Assembly: GCA_944363505.1 (NCBI GenBank)
Contig: CALVUD010000007.1
Coordinates: forward strand, 26,122 to 90,121
Direction of reading: 5' to 3'
Length of the DNA: 64,000 bases
DNA from: an uncultured Clostridia bacterium
GTDB lineage: Bacteria; Bacillota; Clostridia; Christensenellales; DTU072
In this document: positions 54,686 to 64,000 of the stretch, piece after piece
Position numbering within the stretch: the stretch's first letter is position 1
Layout: each line of letters starts with the position of its first letter
Position numbers and translations under genes: made by a program
Notes under the pieces: generated by a model
Told to the model about the DNA's origin: nothing
The model's input: only the letters and a program-made list of their open reading frames with translations
The model's database searches: none

Positions 54686-55960
54686 ATGGCGAGAAGAGTT
54701 GACAACAAAAAACAATACCGCACGCTGTGGATAATCATAGCCGTGATACTATGCGTGACATTTGCCGCCGCGGCGGTGCTGTTCGCGCTGAACTACGTCG
54801 ATTCCGGCGTCGATCCCGTATCCGAGATGCGCGCCAAGAACGTCATTTTACTGATCGGCGACGGCATGGGATTCAACCACATAAAGGCGGGAAACATTTA
54901 CTCAGGCTCCAGATTGCAGATGGAACGCTTTGCCGTATCCGGCGAGGTAATGACGCGTTCGCTGACCCCGGGCGCAACCGATTCCGCCGCAGCCGCGACG
55001 GCAATGGCGACCGGAATCAAGACCTATAACGGCAGGATCGCGTATAAAGACGGCAAAAACCTGACAACCGTTGCGGAAATGGCAATGGCGGAAGGCAAGA
55101 AAGTCGGCGTCGTGGTTACAAAAGCCGTAACGGACGCGACCCCTGCGGCGTTCCTGACCCATGCGTCGGATCGCGGAGAAACGCAGTCGATAGCCGAACA
55201 ACTCGTAAATTCGGACGTCGACGTGCTGTTCGGACTGGGAGACGAATATATGTACGCGCTCGCCGACAGCATCGCTACCGACGAACGCGAATACTGCACC
55301 ACTTTCCAGACCATAGCCGACGCCGTTCAAAGCTCCGAAAAGGAAAAGATCTTCGGATTGCTGGAGGACGGCTCCATACAGAATTTCGGCGCAAACACGC
55401 TGGCTCAGCTGACCAGAAACGCTCTGACGAAGCTGTCCGCGGAAGCCGACGACGGCTTTTTCCTGATGGTCGAGGGCAGCAAGATCGACTCCGCGTCGCA
55501 CGACAACAACATGCAGGCGATGCTTAACGAACTTCAGGCTTTCAACGCCACGGTTTCTGCCTGCAAAGAATGGGCTGCGGCGAACGGCGACACCGTGGTG
55601 ATCGTAACCGCAGACCACGAGACCGGCGGTCTGAAAGTGCCCGACATCAAGGACGCCTCCGAAGCGTACGACGCGTTGCTGGACTTCGATTCTTCCGATA
55701 AATGGTTCACCAAAACCGGACACACCTCGGTCAACGTAGGCTATTATATCTACGCCACCTCCACGACCCCCATAGTCGGTTCCGTCGAAGCCGTCGACAA
55801 TAACGGCGACATCATATTCGACGCGAACGGGGAACCCGTAATGGTAGATGTGGTTACCGGATATGCGGAGATAGATTATTCCGCGCTTATGGACATTCCC
55901 GAGGAGATCGATAACACGGACATTTTCGAACTGATAAAACAATGGTTATTGACTGAATAG
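54686..55960 (+). CDS. alkaline phosphatase (PhoA family), membrane-anchored
   Basis: 424 aa. N-terminal TM helix, active-site block GATDSAAAATAMATG, and VTADHETGG. Confidence 0.88.
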   Translation: MARRVDNKKQYRTLWIIIAVILCVTFAAAAVLFALNYVDSGVDPVSEMRAKNVILLIGDGMGFNHIKAGNIYSGSRLQMERFAVSGEVMTRSLTPGATDSAAAATAMATGIKTYNGRIAYKDGKNLTTVAEMAMAEGKKVGVVVTKAVTDATPAAFLTHASDRGETQSIAEQLVNSDVDVLFGLGDEYMYALADSIATDEREYCTTFQTIADAVQSSEKEKIFGLLEDGSIQNFGANTLAQLTRNALTKLSAEADDGFFLMVEGSKIDSASHDNNMQAMLNELQAFNATVSACKEWAAANGDTVVIVTADHETGGLKVPDIKDASEAYDALLDFDSSDKWFTKTGHTSVNVGYYIYATSTTPIVGSVEAVDNNGDIIFDANGEPVMVDVVTGYAEIDYSALMDIPEEIDNTDIFELIKQWLLTE

Positions 55961-55975
55961 AGGACATTTCAAATT

Positions 55976-57649
55976 ATGGATAAAAACAACGAACAATTGA
56001 TGAATATCACCGTAGGCGATATGCTGAACAATATCGCCAAAAAATACCCTACCAAACTGGCGGTAAAATACATCGAGGTCAACTATTCCAGAACTTATTA
56101 CGAGTTCAACAAGGAAGTGGACAAATTCGCCAAAGGTCTGCTGGGAATGGGCATACAGAAAGGCGACCACGTAGCGATATGGGCTACCAACTATCCCGAA
56201 TGGCTGATACTGTTTTTCGCCACGGCGCGCATAGGCGCGGTATTGGTAACGGTAAACACCAACTACAAGGAAACCGAGCTCGAATACCTGTTGTCCAACT
56301 CCGATTCCAAAGCGCTGTTTATCTGCGACGGAATCAAGGACATAGACTGCGAAAAAATCATATATTCCGTCTGCCCCGAGTTGAAGACTTCCAAACCCGG
56401 CGAACTGCATAACGAGCGTCTGCCTTTCCTGAGATACGTCGTGTCTTTGGACAACTGGTACGACGGCATGTACAACTGGTCGCAGATCCCCTACTTCGGC
56501 GTACTGATCAGCAACGAAGAATACAACGCCGTCAAACATTCCGTTGATCCCGACGAAGTGGTCAACATGCAATACACCTCCGGCACGACGGGCTTCCCCA
56601 AGGGAGTGATGCTGACGCACAACAATATCGTCAATAACGGAAAAGCCATAGGCGACTGCATGAAGTTCACTTCAAAGGACAAACTTTGCATACCCGTGCC
56701 CTTCTTCCACTGCTTCGGCATGGTGCTGGCGATAATGGCGTCCGTAACTCACGGCGCGGCGATGGTACCGCTGTTGTGGTACACGCCCATGAAGGTCATG
56801 CACGCGGTCGAATACGAAAAATGCACCGCGGTCCACGGCGTTCCCACAATGTTTATAAGAGTTTTGGAGCACCGCGATTTCTCGCGCTACGATTTTTCCA
56901 GCCTCAGAACGGGCATTATGGCGGGTTCCCCCTGCCCCGTAAAGGTCATGCGCGACGTTGTGGATAAAATGCACATGTCCGAGATCACCATCACCTACGG
57001 TCAGACCGAAGCCAGCCCCGCCTGCACCATGACCACCGTGGACGACAGCCTGGAAGCGCGAGTCAACACCGTAGGCAGAGAAATGCCGTTCATGGAAACC
57101 AAGATCGTAGACCCCGACACCGGCGAAGATCTTCCAAACGGCAAGCCCGGCGAATTCGTGGTGCGCGGCTATAACGTAATGAAAGGCTATTACAAAATGC
57201 CCGAGGCCACCGCTCAGGCGATCGACAAGGACGGTTGGCTGCATACCGGCGACCTTGCAATCCGCGACGATGACGGCTACTACCGTATCACGGGCAGGAT
57301 CAAGGATATGATCATCCGCGGCGGCGAAAACATCTTCCCCAAAGAGATAGAGGATTTCATCTATACTCACCCCGACGTCGTCGACGTTCAGATCGTGGCG
57401 GTGCCCTCCGAAAAATACGGCGAAGAAGCTTACGCTTTCGTCATCAAACGCGCGGGCAGCACCGTTACCGAAAAGGACATTCAGACATACGTCGCCAACA
57501 ACATGGCACGGCACAAAGTCCCCAGCTATGTCGAGTTCATCGACCAGATGCCTATGACCGCGTCGGGCAAGATACAAAAATTCGTTCTGCGCGATATGGC
57601 AAAGAATAGACTGAACCGCGAAACCAGTTTCGTGTTCAAAGACGAGTAA
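55976..57649 (+). CDS. AMP-dependent acyl-CoA synthetase/ligase
   Basis: 557 aa. AMP-binding motifs YTSGTTGFPKG, GYGQTE-like TYGQTE and TGDLA. Confidence 0.9.
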   Translation: MDKNNEQLMNITVGDMLNNIAKKYPTKLAVKYIEVNYSRTYYEFNKEVDKFAKGLLGMGIQKGDHVAIWATNYPEWLILFFATARIGAVLVTVNTNYKETELEYLLSNSDSKALFICDGIKDIDCEKIIYSVCPELKTSKPGELHNERLPFLRYVVSLDNWYDGMYNWSQIPYFGVLISNEEYNAVKHSVDPDEVVNMQYTSGTTGFPKGVMLTHNNIVNNGKAIGDCMKFTSKDKLCIPVPFFHCFGMVLAIMASVTHGAAMVPLLWYTPMKVMHAVEYEKCTAVHGVPTMFIRVLEHRDFSRYDFSSLRTGIMAGSPCPVKVMRDVVDKMHMSEITITYGQTEASPACTMTTVDDSLEARVNTVGREMPFMETKIVDPDTGEDLPNGKPGEFVVRGYNVMKGYYKMPEATAQAIDKDGWLHTGDLAIRDDDGYYRITGRIKDMIIRGGENIFPKEIEDFIYTHPDVVDVQIVAVPSEKYGEEAYAFVIKRAGSTVTEKDIQTYVANNMARHKVPSYVEFIDQMPMTASGKIQKFVLRDMAKNRLNRETSFVFKDE

Positions 57650-57669
57650 CACGCAGCGCGTTATTACTT

Positions 57670-57698
57670 AGCCGCCTCTTTCGGGGCGGCTTTTTCTT
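57670..57698 (+). terminator. terminator of the acyl-CoA synthetase gene
   Basis: AGCCGCC-TCTTTCGG-GGCGGCTTTTTCTT. Confidence 0.8.
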
Positions 57699-57739
57699 GT
57701 CCGTGCAAAAAGCAAAATAGGATAAATCTGTATCTATAG

Positions 57740-59449
57740 CTACTTTTTCTTGCTGATTTTGTACGAGAAGTCGTTCAGATCCACTTTCAAAGTATACTGT
57801 CCGCGGTTCAACGTAAGTTTACCCGGTTCCGCAAAAACCGAAAAATCGTTCGTGAATTCGGGGTGTATCTGACCCAAATATCTGTAGTGAGCCAACAGTT
57901 CGGTATCCTCGAACCCTCTTGCGAACGGTCTTCTGTTTATAGGGTCCTCATAGCCTTGCATGCCGATCTCGTCTCCGTAATACACGGTTGGCAAACCGGG
58001 AAGAAAATACTGCAATGCCGACGCCGCTTTCAGCTTGGTTTTCGCAATTCTGTACTCTTCCGCTCCCATGCGGTACAAAAGCCTTTCGGATTTAGAACGC
58101 ATATTGTGTTCGTCGCCGAGAGCGGTTACTATCCTGACGGTATCGTGCGTACCCAAAAGCGACATCGAGGAATACAGCGCGTCTTTGGGATAATTTTCAA
58201 CGATACTCATCACGGAGTTCACGAAGGAAACGGCGCTTCTGTCCTTGAACAGATTCAGTATCGCGGTGCGGAAAGGATAGTTCATCGTGCCGTCCAGTTC
58301 GTCTCCGAAAAGATATTTGCGTTTTTCGCCGTAACTTACCTTGGTGCTTGCGTCCTCCCAGACCTCGCCTATCAAGGCGATATCGCCCATGGATTTGACC
58401 TTTTTGCGTATTTCTTCGATAAAATCCGAGGACAATTCGTCCGCGACGTCGAGTCTCCAGCCTTTGACGCCCATAGACGTCCATTTTTCGATGACCCCGC
58501 CCTTGCCCGCGATGAATTTCTGAAAAGCCGAGCAGTTTCTTTTTACCGTCGGCACCACCGTTACGCCCCACCAACAGTCGTAAACATCGGGATACGAAGT
58601 GAAGGTGTACCAGTCGTAATATGCGCTGTCGGGGGACTGATACGCCCCCACGCCGGGGTAATTTCCGAACTTGTTGAAATACAGGCTGTCCGCTCCCGTA
58701 TGGTTGAATACGCCGTCCAGAATGATGCCGATACCGCGCTTGTCGGCTTCGCCGACGAGCGTAATAAACTCTTTTTCCGTTCCGAACAACGGATCGATCT
58801 TCATATAATCGCCCGTGTCGTAACGGTGATTGGAATGACTTTCGAATATCGGCGAAAGGTATATCGCGCCGACTCCGAGCGAAACGAGGTAGTCGAGTTC
58901 GGAGATTATTCCTTTGATATTGCCGCCGTAGAAATCGTTTGCGCGGTAAACGCCGTCGGGATCGAATATTGTCAGTTCGTCGCTCCAGTCTTTGAAGCGC
59001 CCGAACAGCGGACGTTTTCCGTCCTCGATACGCTTGAACCTGTCGGGGAAAATATGATAGATGATCTTGCCTTTCAGCCAGTCCGCCGTCTTGAAATCAG
59101 CGTCGTAAACGGTCAGTTGCCATTCTTTCAGCCACTCGCCCACAACGGCTTTGCCGTCGTCCGAAGCTCTTCCGGCGTACAACGTTTCGCCGCCCCGGTA
59201 AATCTCGAAGCGGTAATAATAAATTCCGGGCGTTTCCAACGAAAATTCGGTGCGGAAAACGTTATATCCGTCGTCCGTACCGACATAATGCAAATCGGCT
59301 TTCCCGTCGCGGGCGCCGCGATATATCAACGCGACGCCCGTTACGTTTACGGTTTGTTCTACGGGAAAAACGATTTGGATTTTTTCCTCGGTTTTAACGG
59401 CTCCGAACGGTTGTTTGAAGCGCGTATCGCGCGAATCGAATTTCAACAT
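57740..59449 (-). CDS. GH13 alpha-glycosidase (neopullulanase/cyclomaltodextrinase-like)
   Basis: 569 aa. GH13 regions DGVFNHTG, GWRLDVADE, GEVWED and LLGTHDT. Confidence 0.85.
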   Translation of the reverse strand: MLKFDSRDTRFKQPFGAVKTEEKIQIVFPVEQTVNVTGVALIYRGARDGKADLHYVGTDDGYNVFRTEFSLETPGIYYYRFEIYRGGETLYAGRASDDGKAVVGEWLKEWQLTVYDADFKTADWLKGKIIYHIFPDRFKRIEDGKRPLFGRFKDWSDELTIFDPDGVYRANDFYGGNIKGIISELDYLVSLGVGAIYLSPIFESHSNHRYDTGDYMKIDPLFGTEKEFITLVGEADKRGIGIILDGVFNHTGADSLYFNKFGNYPGVGAYQSPDSAYYDWYTFTSYPDVYDCWWGVTVVPTVKRNCSAFQKFIAGKGGVIEKWTSMGVKGWRLDVADELSSDFIEEIRKKVKSMGDIALIGEVWEDASTKVSYGEKRKYLFGDELDGTMNYPFRTAILNLFKDRSAVSFVNSVMSIVENYPKDALYSSMSLLGTHDTVRIVTALGDEHNMRSKSERLLYRMGAEEYRIAKTKLKAASALQYFLPGLPTVYYGDEIGMQGYEDPINRRPFARGFEDTELLAHYRYLGQIHPEFTNDFSVFAEPGKLTLNRGQYTLKVDLNDFSYKISKKK

Positions 59450-59493
59450 TCGGCGATTTGGTCGTTTTTATGCTGTATTTTTCCTTTTTTCGA

Positions 59494-61911
59494 TTATTTT
59501 ACCTTCTTCAGTCGCCAGATGCGTTGCGCGTATTCCTCCACGCTGCGATCCGCCGCAAAGAAGCCGGAGCGCGCTATGTTGACAAGCGACATCTTTTCGA
59601 AGCGGTAACGGTCGCGGTAAGCTTCGCTGACCTTCGACTGTGCGTCCACATACGAACCGAAGTCCGCGAGTACCATGTACGGATCGGCGCCGCCGCCTCT
59701 GCCAACGGTAAGACTGTCGGCGATCTCGCCGAAATTGGTGCCCGCTATGCCCTTGCGCAGCAAGTCTATTATCGCCTTTATCCTGTGGTCCGAATTATAA
59801 TACGAGGTGGGATTGTAATGTCCTTTCAGCTTCTCCACTTCCTCGGCGAGCAATCCGAAAATGAATATGTTTTCGTCGCCTACGCGTTCGTGGATCTCGA
59901 CGTTTGCGCCGTCCATTGTGCCGATGGTTACCGCTCCGTTTATCATGAACTTCATGTTACCGGTACCCGAAGCCTCTTTCCCGGCGGTGGATATCTGCTC
60001 GCTGATCTCGCTTGCGGGCATTATGATCTCCGCAAGGCTGACGCGGTAGTTTTCGAGGAACACGACTTTCAGCCTGCCCCTGACGTCGGGGTCGTCGTTG
60101 ACCATCTTGCCGATCATGTATATCAAACGTATGATCAGCTTCGCCATATAATAGGAACTGGCGGCTTTCGCTCCGAAAACGAAAGTCCTTGGCTCTATAT
60201 CTACGTTCGGGTCGGCTTTTATCATGTTGTACAGATGCAGAATGTGCAATGCGTTCAACAGCTGACGCTTGTATTCGTGCAATCTCTTTACCTGTACGTC
60301 GAAAATCGAATCGGGGTTGACGACAACGCCCGTCGTTTTAAGAATGTATTCGCCGAGGCGCACTTTGTTCTGACGCTTGATCTCGGCAAGCTTGTCCAGG
60401 ACGTCTCTGTTGCCCTGATACGCCATCAGCTTTTCGAGTTCGTCCGCGTTTTTAACGAATTTGTCGCCTATCAGATCCTTTATCAGCTTTGCCAGAAGCG
60501 GATTCGCCTCGCAAAGCCAGCGGCGGTGAGTGATGCCGTTGGTAACGTTGGTGAATTTTTCGGGCGCAACTTTATAATAATCCGCGAATACGTCGTTTTT
60601 CAGAATATCGCTGTGCAACGCCGAAACGCCGTTGACCGTATGCGAAGCCACCAAGCACAGATTCGCCATGCGTATCTCGGAATCGGAAAGTATCGCGTTG
60701 TTGCTGATCTTCTGCCAGTCCCCGGGGAACACGTTCCACAAGTCGGCGCAATAACGCTGGTTGATCTCCTTGATTATCTGATAGATGCGGGGCAGGAGCG
60801 ATTTGAACAGCGACTGCGGCCAACGCTCCAAAGCCTCCTGCATGACGGTGTGGTTGGTATAGCTGATCACCTCGGTTACCGTCTTCCACGCGTCGTCCCA
60901 GCTCCAGCCGTAATCGTCCAGCAGTATACGCATGAGTTCGGGTATACACAGCGTGGGATGAGTGTCGTTGATGTGGATGGCGATCTTTTCGGAAAGATTC
61001 GAAAGATCCTTGTTGTATTTCAGATGTTTGAACAGTATCGACTGTATCGAAGCGGATACGAAGAAATACTGCTGTTTCAGCCTTAAAGACTTGCCCTCAA
61101 TATGGTTATCGGCGGGATACAGCACTTTACTGATGGACTCCGCCATCGCCTGAGCCTCGACCGCCTTTACGTACTCTCCGCGCGAGAACATATTCATGTC
61201 GAGTTCGACGGGAGATTTGGCGCTCCACAGTCTCAGGACGTTGACGGCGTCGGAACCGTATCCCGATATATTCATGTCGTAAGGCACCGCTAAAATCGTG
61301 GTGTGCCCTTTCTGTTCGCAGATGAGTCTGCCGTTTTCCCAATGCTCCTCGACTCTGCCGCCGAATTTGACCTCAAACACTTCGTCGCGCTTGTTCAGCC
61401 ATACGTCGCCGTCGGTAAGCCAGTTATCCGGCATTTCCATCTGCCAACCGTCCACGATCTTCTGTTCGAAGATGCCGTAATCGTAACGGATACTGAATCC
61501 GCCCGCGGGATAGCCGAGGGAGGTCAACGAGTCCAGATACGCCGCGGCGAGTCTGCCGAGACCGCCGTTGCCCAGACCCGCGTCGGGTTCCAGAGTCATC
61601 AGCTTGTCGATGTCGAAGCCCAGTTCCTTTACGGCGCCGGAAGCGGCGTTCAATAACCCTATATTATAAAGGTGGTTTCTGAGCGATCTGCCGAGCAAAA
61701 ATTCCATCGACATATAATAGATCTGCTTGTAACCGCCGGAACGAACCTTGTTTTTATACTCGAGACGTTTTTCGGTGAGTATGTCTTTTACCACCGTGCA
61801 CAGCGCACGGTATGCCATGTTTTCAGTTGCCTCATCGGCTCTGACTCCGAAATTTTTCGCAAGCGTAAGCTCGATGAGGCGTTTGATTTCCGTTTTGTTG
61901 ATACCTGCCAT
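59494..61911 (-). CDS. glgP: glycogen/starch phosphorylase
   Basis: 805 aa. PLP-site block GKEASGTGNMKFMINGA. SD GGAGGA. Confidence 0.95.
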   Translation of the reverse strand: MAGINKTEIKRLIELTLAKNFGVRADEATENMAYRALCTVVKDILTEKRLEYKNKVRSGGYKQIYYMSMEFLLGRSLRNHLYNIGLLNAASGAVKELGFDIDKLMTLEPDAGLGNGGLGRLAAAYLDSLTSLGYPAGGFSIRYDYGIFEQKIVDGWQMEMPDNWLTDGDVWLNKRDEVFEVKFGGRVEEHWENGRLICEQKGHTTILAVPYDMNISGYGSDAVNVLRLWSAKSPVELDMNMFSRGEYVKAVEAQAMAESISKVLYPADNHIEGKSLRLKQQYFFVSASIQSILFKHLKYNKDLSNLSEKIAIHINDTHPTLCIPELMRILLDDYGWSWDDAWKTVTEVISYTNHTVMQEALERWPQSLFKSLLPRIYQIIKEINQRYCADLWNVFPGDWQKISNNAILSDSEIRMANLCLVASHTVNGVSALHSDILKNDVFADYYKVAPEKFTNVTNGITHRRWLCEANPLLAKLIKDLIGDKFVKNADELEKLMAYQGNRDVLDKLAEIKRQNKVRLGEYILKTTGVVVNPDSIFDVQVKRLHEYKRQLLNALHILHLYNMIKADPNVDIEPRTFVFGAKAASSYYMAKLIIRLIYMIGKMVNDDPDVRGRLKVVFLENYRVSLAEIIMPASEISEQISTAGKEASGTGNMKFMINGAVTIGTMDGANVEIHERVGDENIFIFGLLAEEVEKLKGHYNPTSYYNSDHRIKAIIDLLRKGIAGTNFGEIADSLTVGRGGGADPYMVLADFGSYVDAQSKVSEAYRDRYRFEKMSLVNIARSGFFAADRSVEEYAQRIWRLKKVK

Positions 61912-61956
61912 TAATCCTCCGATATTTCGATGCGGAGCAAAGCCCCGCGATTGTAA

Positions 61957-63375
61957 TTATATGTTGTTGTACAGCCTCAGATAATCGTCCGCCGACTTAT
62001 CCCAGGAGAAGTCCGCCGCCATGGCGTTCTTCACGACGCCCTTCAGCCACAGATCGGGCTGATAGAACGTGTCGACCGCGCGCTGTACCGCGCCCAGCAT
62101 ATCGTGCGCGTTATAGGTCTTGAAAGTAAACCCGAGACCTTTTTTGGTGGTCGGGTCGAACGCGGGAACGGTGTCCTTCAGTCCGCCCGTCTCCCTGACG
62201 ATCGGTATCGCGCCGTAGCGCATGGCTATCATCTGCGAAAGTCCGCACGGCTCGTATTTCGAGGGCATCAGGAACATATCCGAACCCGCATAGATCTTGC
62301 TGGCGATGTCGGACGAGAAGTATATAGCCGTCGCGAGTTTGGTCGGGAACTGTTTGCCGATTTCTCTGAGCGCGTTCTCGTATTTTGCGTCTCCGGTACC
62401 CAAAACGACAAATTGGATATCCATAGACAACATTTCGCGGATAACGTTCAATACCAGATCGATACCCTTTTGCGGGGTCAGCCTGGTAACCATGCCGATC
62501 AGAGGTCTGTCCGAAGCGGGCAGTCCCAGAAGCTCCTGCAAGCCGTGCTTGTTCTCGGCTTTCTTGGCATAGGTCTTATAATCGAAATTGGCGAACAACG
62601 CCTTGTCGGTCTTGGGGTTATACAGGTCGGTGTCGATACCGTTTACTATGCCGCAAAGCTTGTAGCTTCTCGCGTTCAGTATCCCCTCCAGTCCGTATGC
62701 AAAGTACGGCTCCAGAATCTCGCCCGCATATGTGGGAGAGACCGTAACCACTTTGTTTGACGACTCGATACCCGCTTTCAGCATGTTGGCGTCGCCCTTG
62801 TACTCGACTATGCTTTCCATGCCCGCGGGCACGCCGAACACGTTGCCGATGACGTACTTGTCCATTCTGCCCTGGAATTCGATATTGTGAATGGTCATGA
62901 CGGTTTTCATCGTCTTGTAGCCGTCCACGAATCTGTAGAAGCAGTCCAGATACAGCGGCGAAAGCCCGGTCTGCCAGTCGTTGCACTGTAAAATGTCGGG
63001 ATAGAACCCCGTAACCTGCATGGTTTCGAGCACCGCTTTCGAGAAAAACGCGAACCTTTCGCCGTCGTCGAAATGACCGTAGATACCGTTTCTCTTGAAA
63101 TAGTATTCGTTATCGATGAAATAATAATCGACGTCGTTCACGCGACTCATGAACACGCCCGCGTACTGACTGCGCCAGCCAAGATATACCGTCGTGTTGC
63201 CTATGTACTTCAGGCTGTTGCGGTATTCGGCTTTCATGTCCGAATAAAGCGGCAAAACGACGGCGGTTTCGATTCCTTTTTTCTTCAGCGCCGCGGGCAA
63301 TGCGCCCATAACGTCGCCCAGTCCGCCCGTGCGGATAAACGGAGAAGCCTCGGATGCAGCAAACAGAACTTTCAT
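61957..63375 (-). CDS. glgA: glycogen synthase (ADP-glucose type)
   Basis: 472 aa. N-terminus MKVLFAASEASPFIRTGGLGDV. SD AAGGAGG. Confidence 0.95.
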   Translation of the reverse strand: MKVLFAASEASPFIRTGGLGDVMGALPAALKKKGIETAVVLPLYSDMKAEYRNSLKYIGNTTVYLGWRSQYAGVFMSRVNDVDYYFIDNEYYFKRNGIYGHFDDGERFAFFSKAVLETMQVTGFYPDILQCNDWQTGLSPLYLDCFYRFVDGYKTMKTVMTIHNIEFQGRMDKYVIGNVFGVPAGMESIVEYKGDANMLKAGIESSNKVVTVSPTYAGEILEPYFAYGLEGILNARSYKLCGIVNGIDTDLYNPKTDKALFANFDYKTYAKKAENKHGLQELLGLPASDRPLIGMVTRLTPQKGIDLVLNVIREMLSMDIQFVVLGTGDAKYENALREIGKQFPTKLATAIYFSSDIASKIYAGSDMFLMPSKYEPCGLSQMIAMRYGAIPIVRETGGLKDTVPAFDPTTKKGLGFTFKTYNAHDMLGAVQRAVDTFYQPDLWLKGVVKNAMAADFSWDKSADDYLRLYNNI

Positions 63376-63401
63376 ATTACCTCCTTATTTAGCCCGTCGG
63401 C

Positions 63402-64000
63402 TTAAACGATCTTGTTCTTTACTATGACTATAGGATAGGTTTCGGAACCGGATATCTGACGTCCCGCGCCTATCACGACCTGCTTGTCGGTTATCGTATA
63501 CCGGATCTTGCCGCCGCGCATGACGATACCGTTCTCCATTATAATGCAGTTTTTGACCTCGGCGCCCTCTTCTATCCTCACGTTACGGAAAAGTATACTG
63601 TTTTCGACGGTTCCGTTTATCGTACAACCGTCCGCGATCAGCGAATTGGACACCTTGGCGCCGCTACGGTACATGGTGGGAACGGAGTCCTTGACCTTGG
63701 TATAGATCTTACTCATGCTGCCGAACAGTTCCTCTCTGACGGCGGTATCCAGCACTTTCATGCTCTCGTTGTAGTAAGTCTTGACGTCGTCGATTATCGC
63801 GGCGTAGCCGTCCAGCTCGCGGGCGTAAAGCTTGCCGCCCTCGACGTCCTTGAAAAGTATATCCTTTTCAAAATCGACGTATCCCCTCGCATACGACTGT
63901 TCCACCTTGGAAATCAGATAGTCTTTCTTGGCGATATAGATATTTAGGGAAACCAGTCTTTCACGGTCGGTGGGGATCTCCAGCGCGCTGAGGTCGGTTA
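63402..64000 (-). CDS. glgD: glucose-1-phosphate adenylyltransferase subunit GlgD, C-terminal part (5' end beyond the window)
   Basis: The ORF-track entry starts at an internal GTG (63905). I checked that the same frame stays open to base 63998 (...TDLSALEIPTDRERLVSLNIYIAKKDYLISKVEQSY...). Left-handed beta-helix C-terminus. It sits immediately upstream of glgA, as in the Firmicute order glgC-glgD-glgA-glgP. Confidence 0.8.
   Translation of the reverse strand, partial: TDLSALEIPTDRERLVSLNIYIAKKDYLISKVEQSYARGYVDFEKDILFKDVEGGKLYARELDGYAAIIDDVKTYYNESMKVLDTAVREELFGSMSKIYTKVKDSVPTMYRSGAKVSNSLIADGCTINGTVENSILFRNVRIEEGAEVKNCIIMENGIVMRGGKIRYTITDKQVVIGAGRQISGSETYPIVIVKNKIV

Overview
This 64-kb window is GC-rich by eye and reads as core chromosome of an endospore-forming, Clostridia-type Firmicute. 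The evidence is spmA/spmB plus a spoVT / yabM-like flippase / mazG gene order as in Bacillus subtilis. I call 47 protein genes, two of them cut by the window edges. They are tightly packed, and many adjacent pairs overlap start and stop codons (ATGA or TAATG).

Gene content, left to right:
- A sugar and hexuronate block: GH13 alpha-glucosidase, Gfo/Idh/MocA oxidoreductase, TIM-barrel isomerase, SDR, uxuA.
- spmAB, fba, a yabB-like methyltransferase and rsmI.
- An AT-rich XRE/DUF4352 islet.
- ilvE, yigZ and tyrS.
- A MacB-type ABC transporter with a 533-aa accessory protein.
- leuS.
- A split glycolytic cluster: gap converging on pgk-tpiA-gpmI, with an AT-rich orphan gene between them.
- dus, mazG, the flippase and spoVT.
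- A beta-CASP RNase-like gene.
- An SPFH/zinc-ribbon membrane module.
- A strongly AT-rich islet carrying an orphan Doc-type Fic gene.
- M28 and M29 peptidases, an acyltransferase, luxS and a Na/Pi transporter.
- A two-gene surface-lipoprotein operon that includes a 2830-aa repeat protein.
- An Eis-like GNAT, an alkaline phosphatase and an acyl-CoA synthetase.
- The distal part of a glycogen operon: glgD, glgA, glgP and a GH13 enzyme.

I saw no rRNA, tRNA, CRISPR array, transposase, integrase or recognisable defence gene.

The feature least explained by ordinary annotation is an unrecognised ~150-nt non-coding element. It occurs at two convergent-gene junctions (6208-6356 and 10325-10479), with a degenerate third unit at 10221-10310. 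At each locus it is bracketed by a locus-specific duplication of the native terminator spacer. At the first locus that duplication runs exactly from stop codon to stop codon.

Other points worth a second look are the Fic islet, the giant surface operon, several apparently leaderless promoters, and the absence of T-box leaders at tyrS and leuS.

All family assignments are my own motif recognition. No database search was possible.
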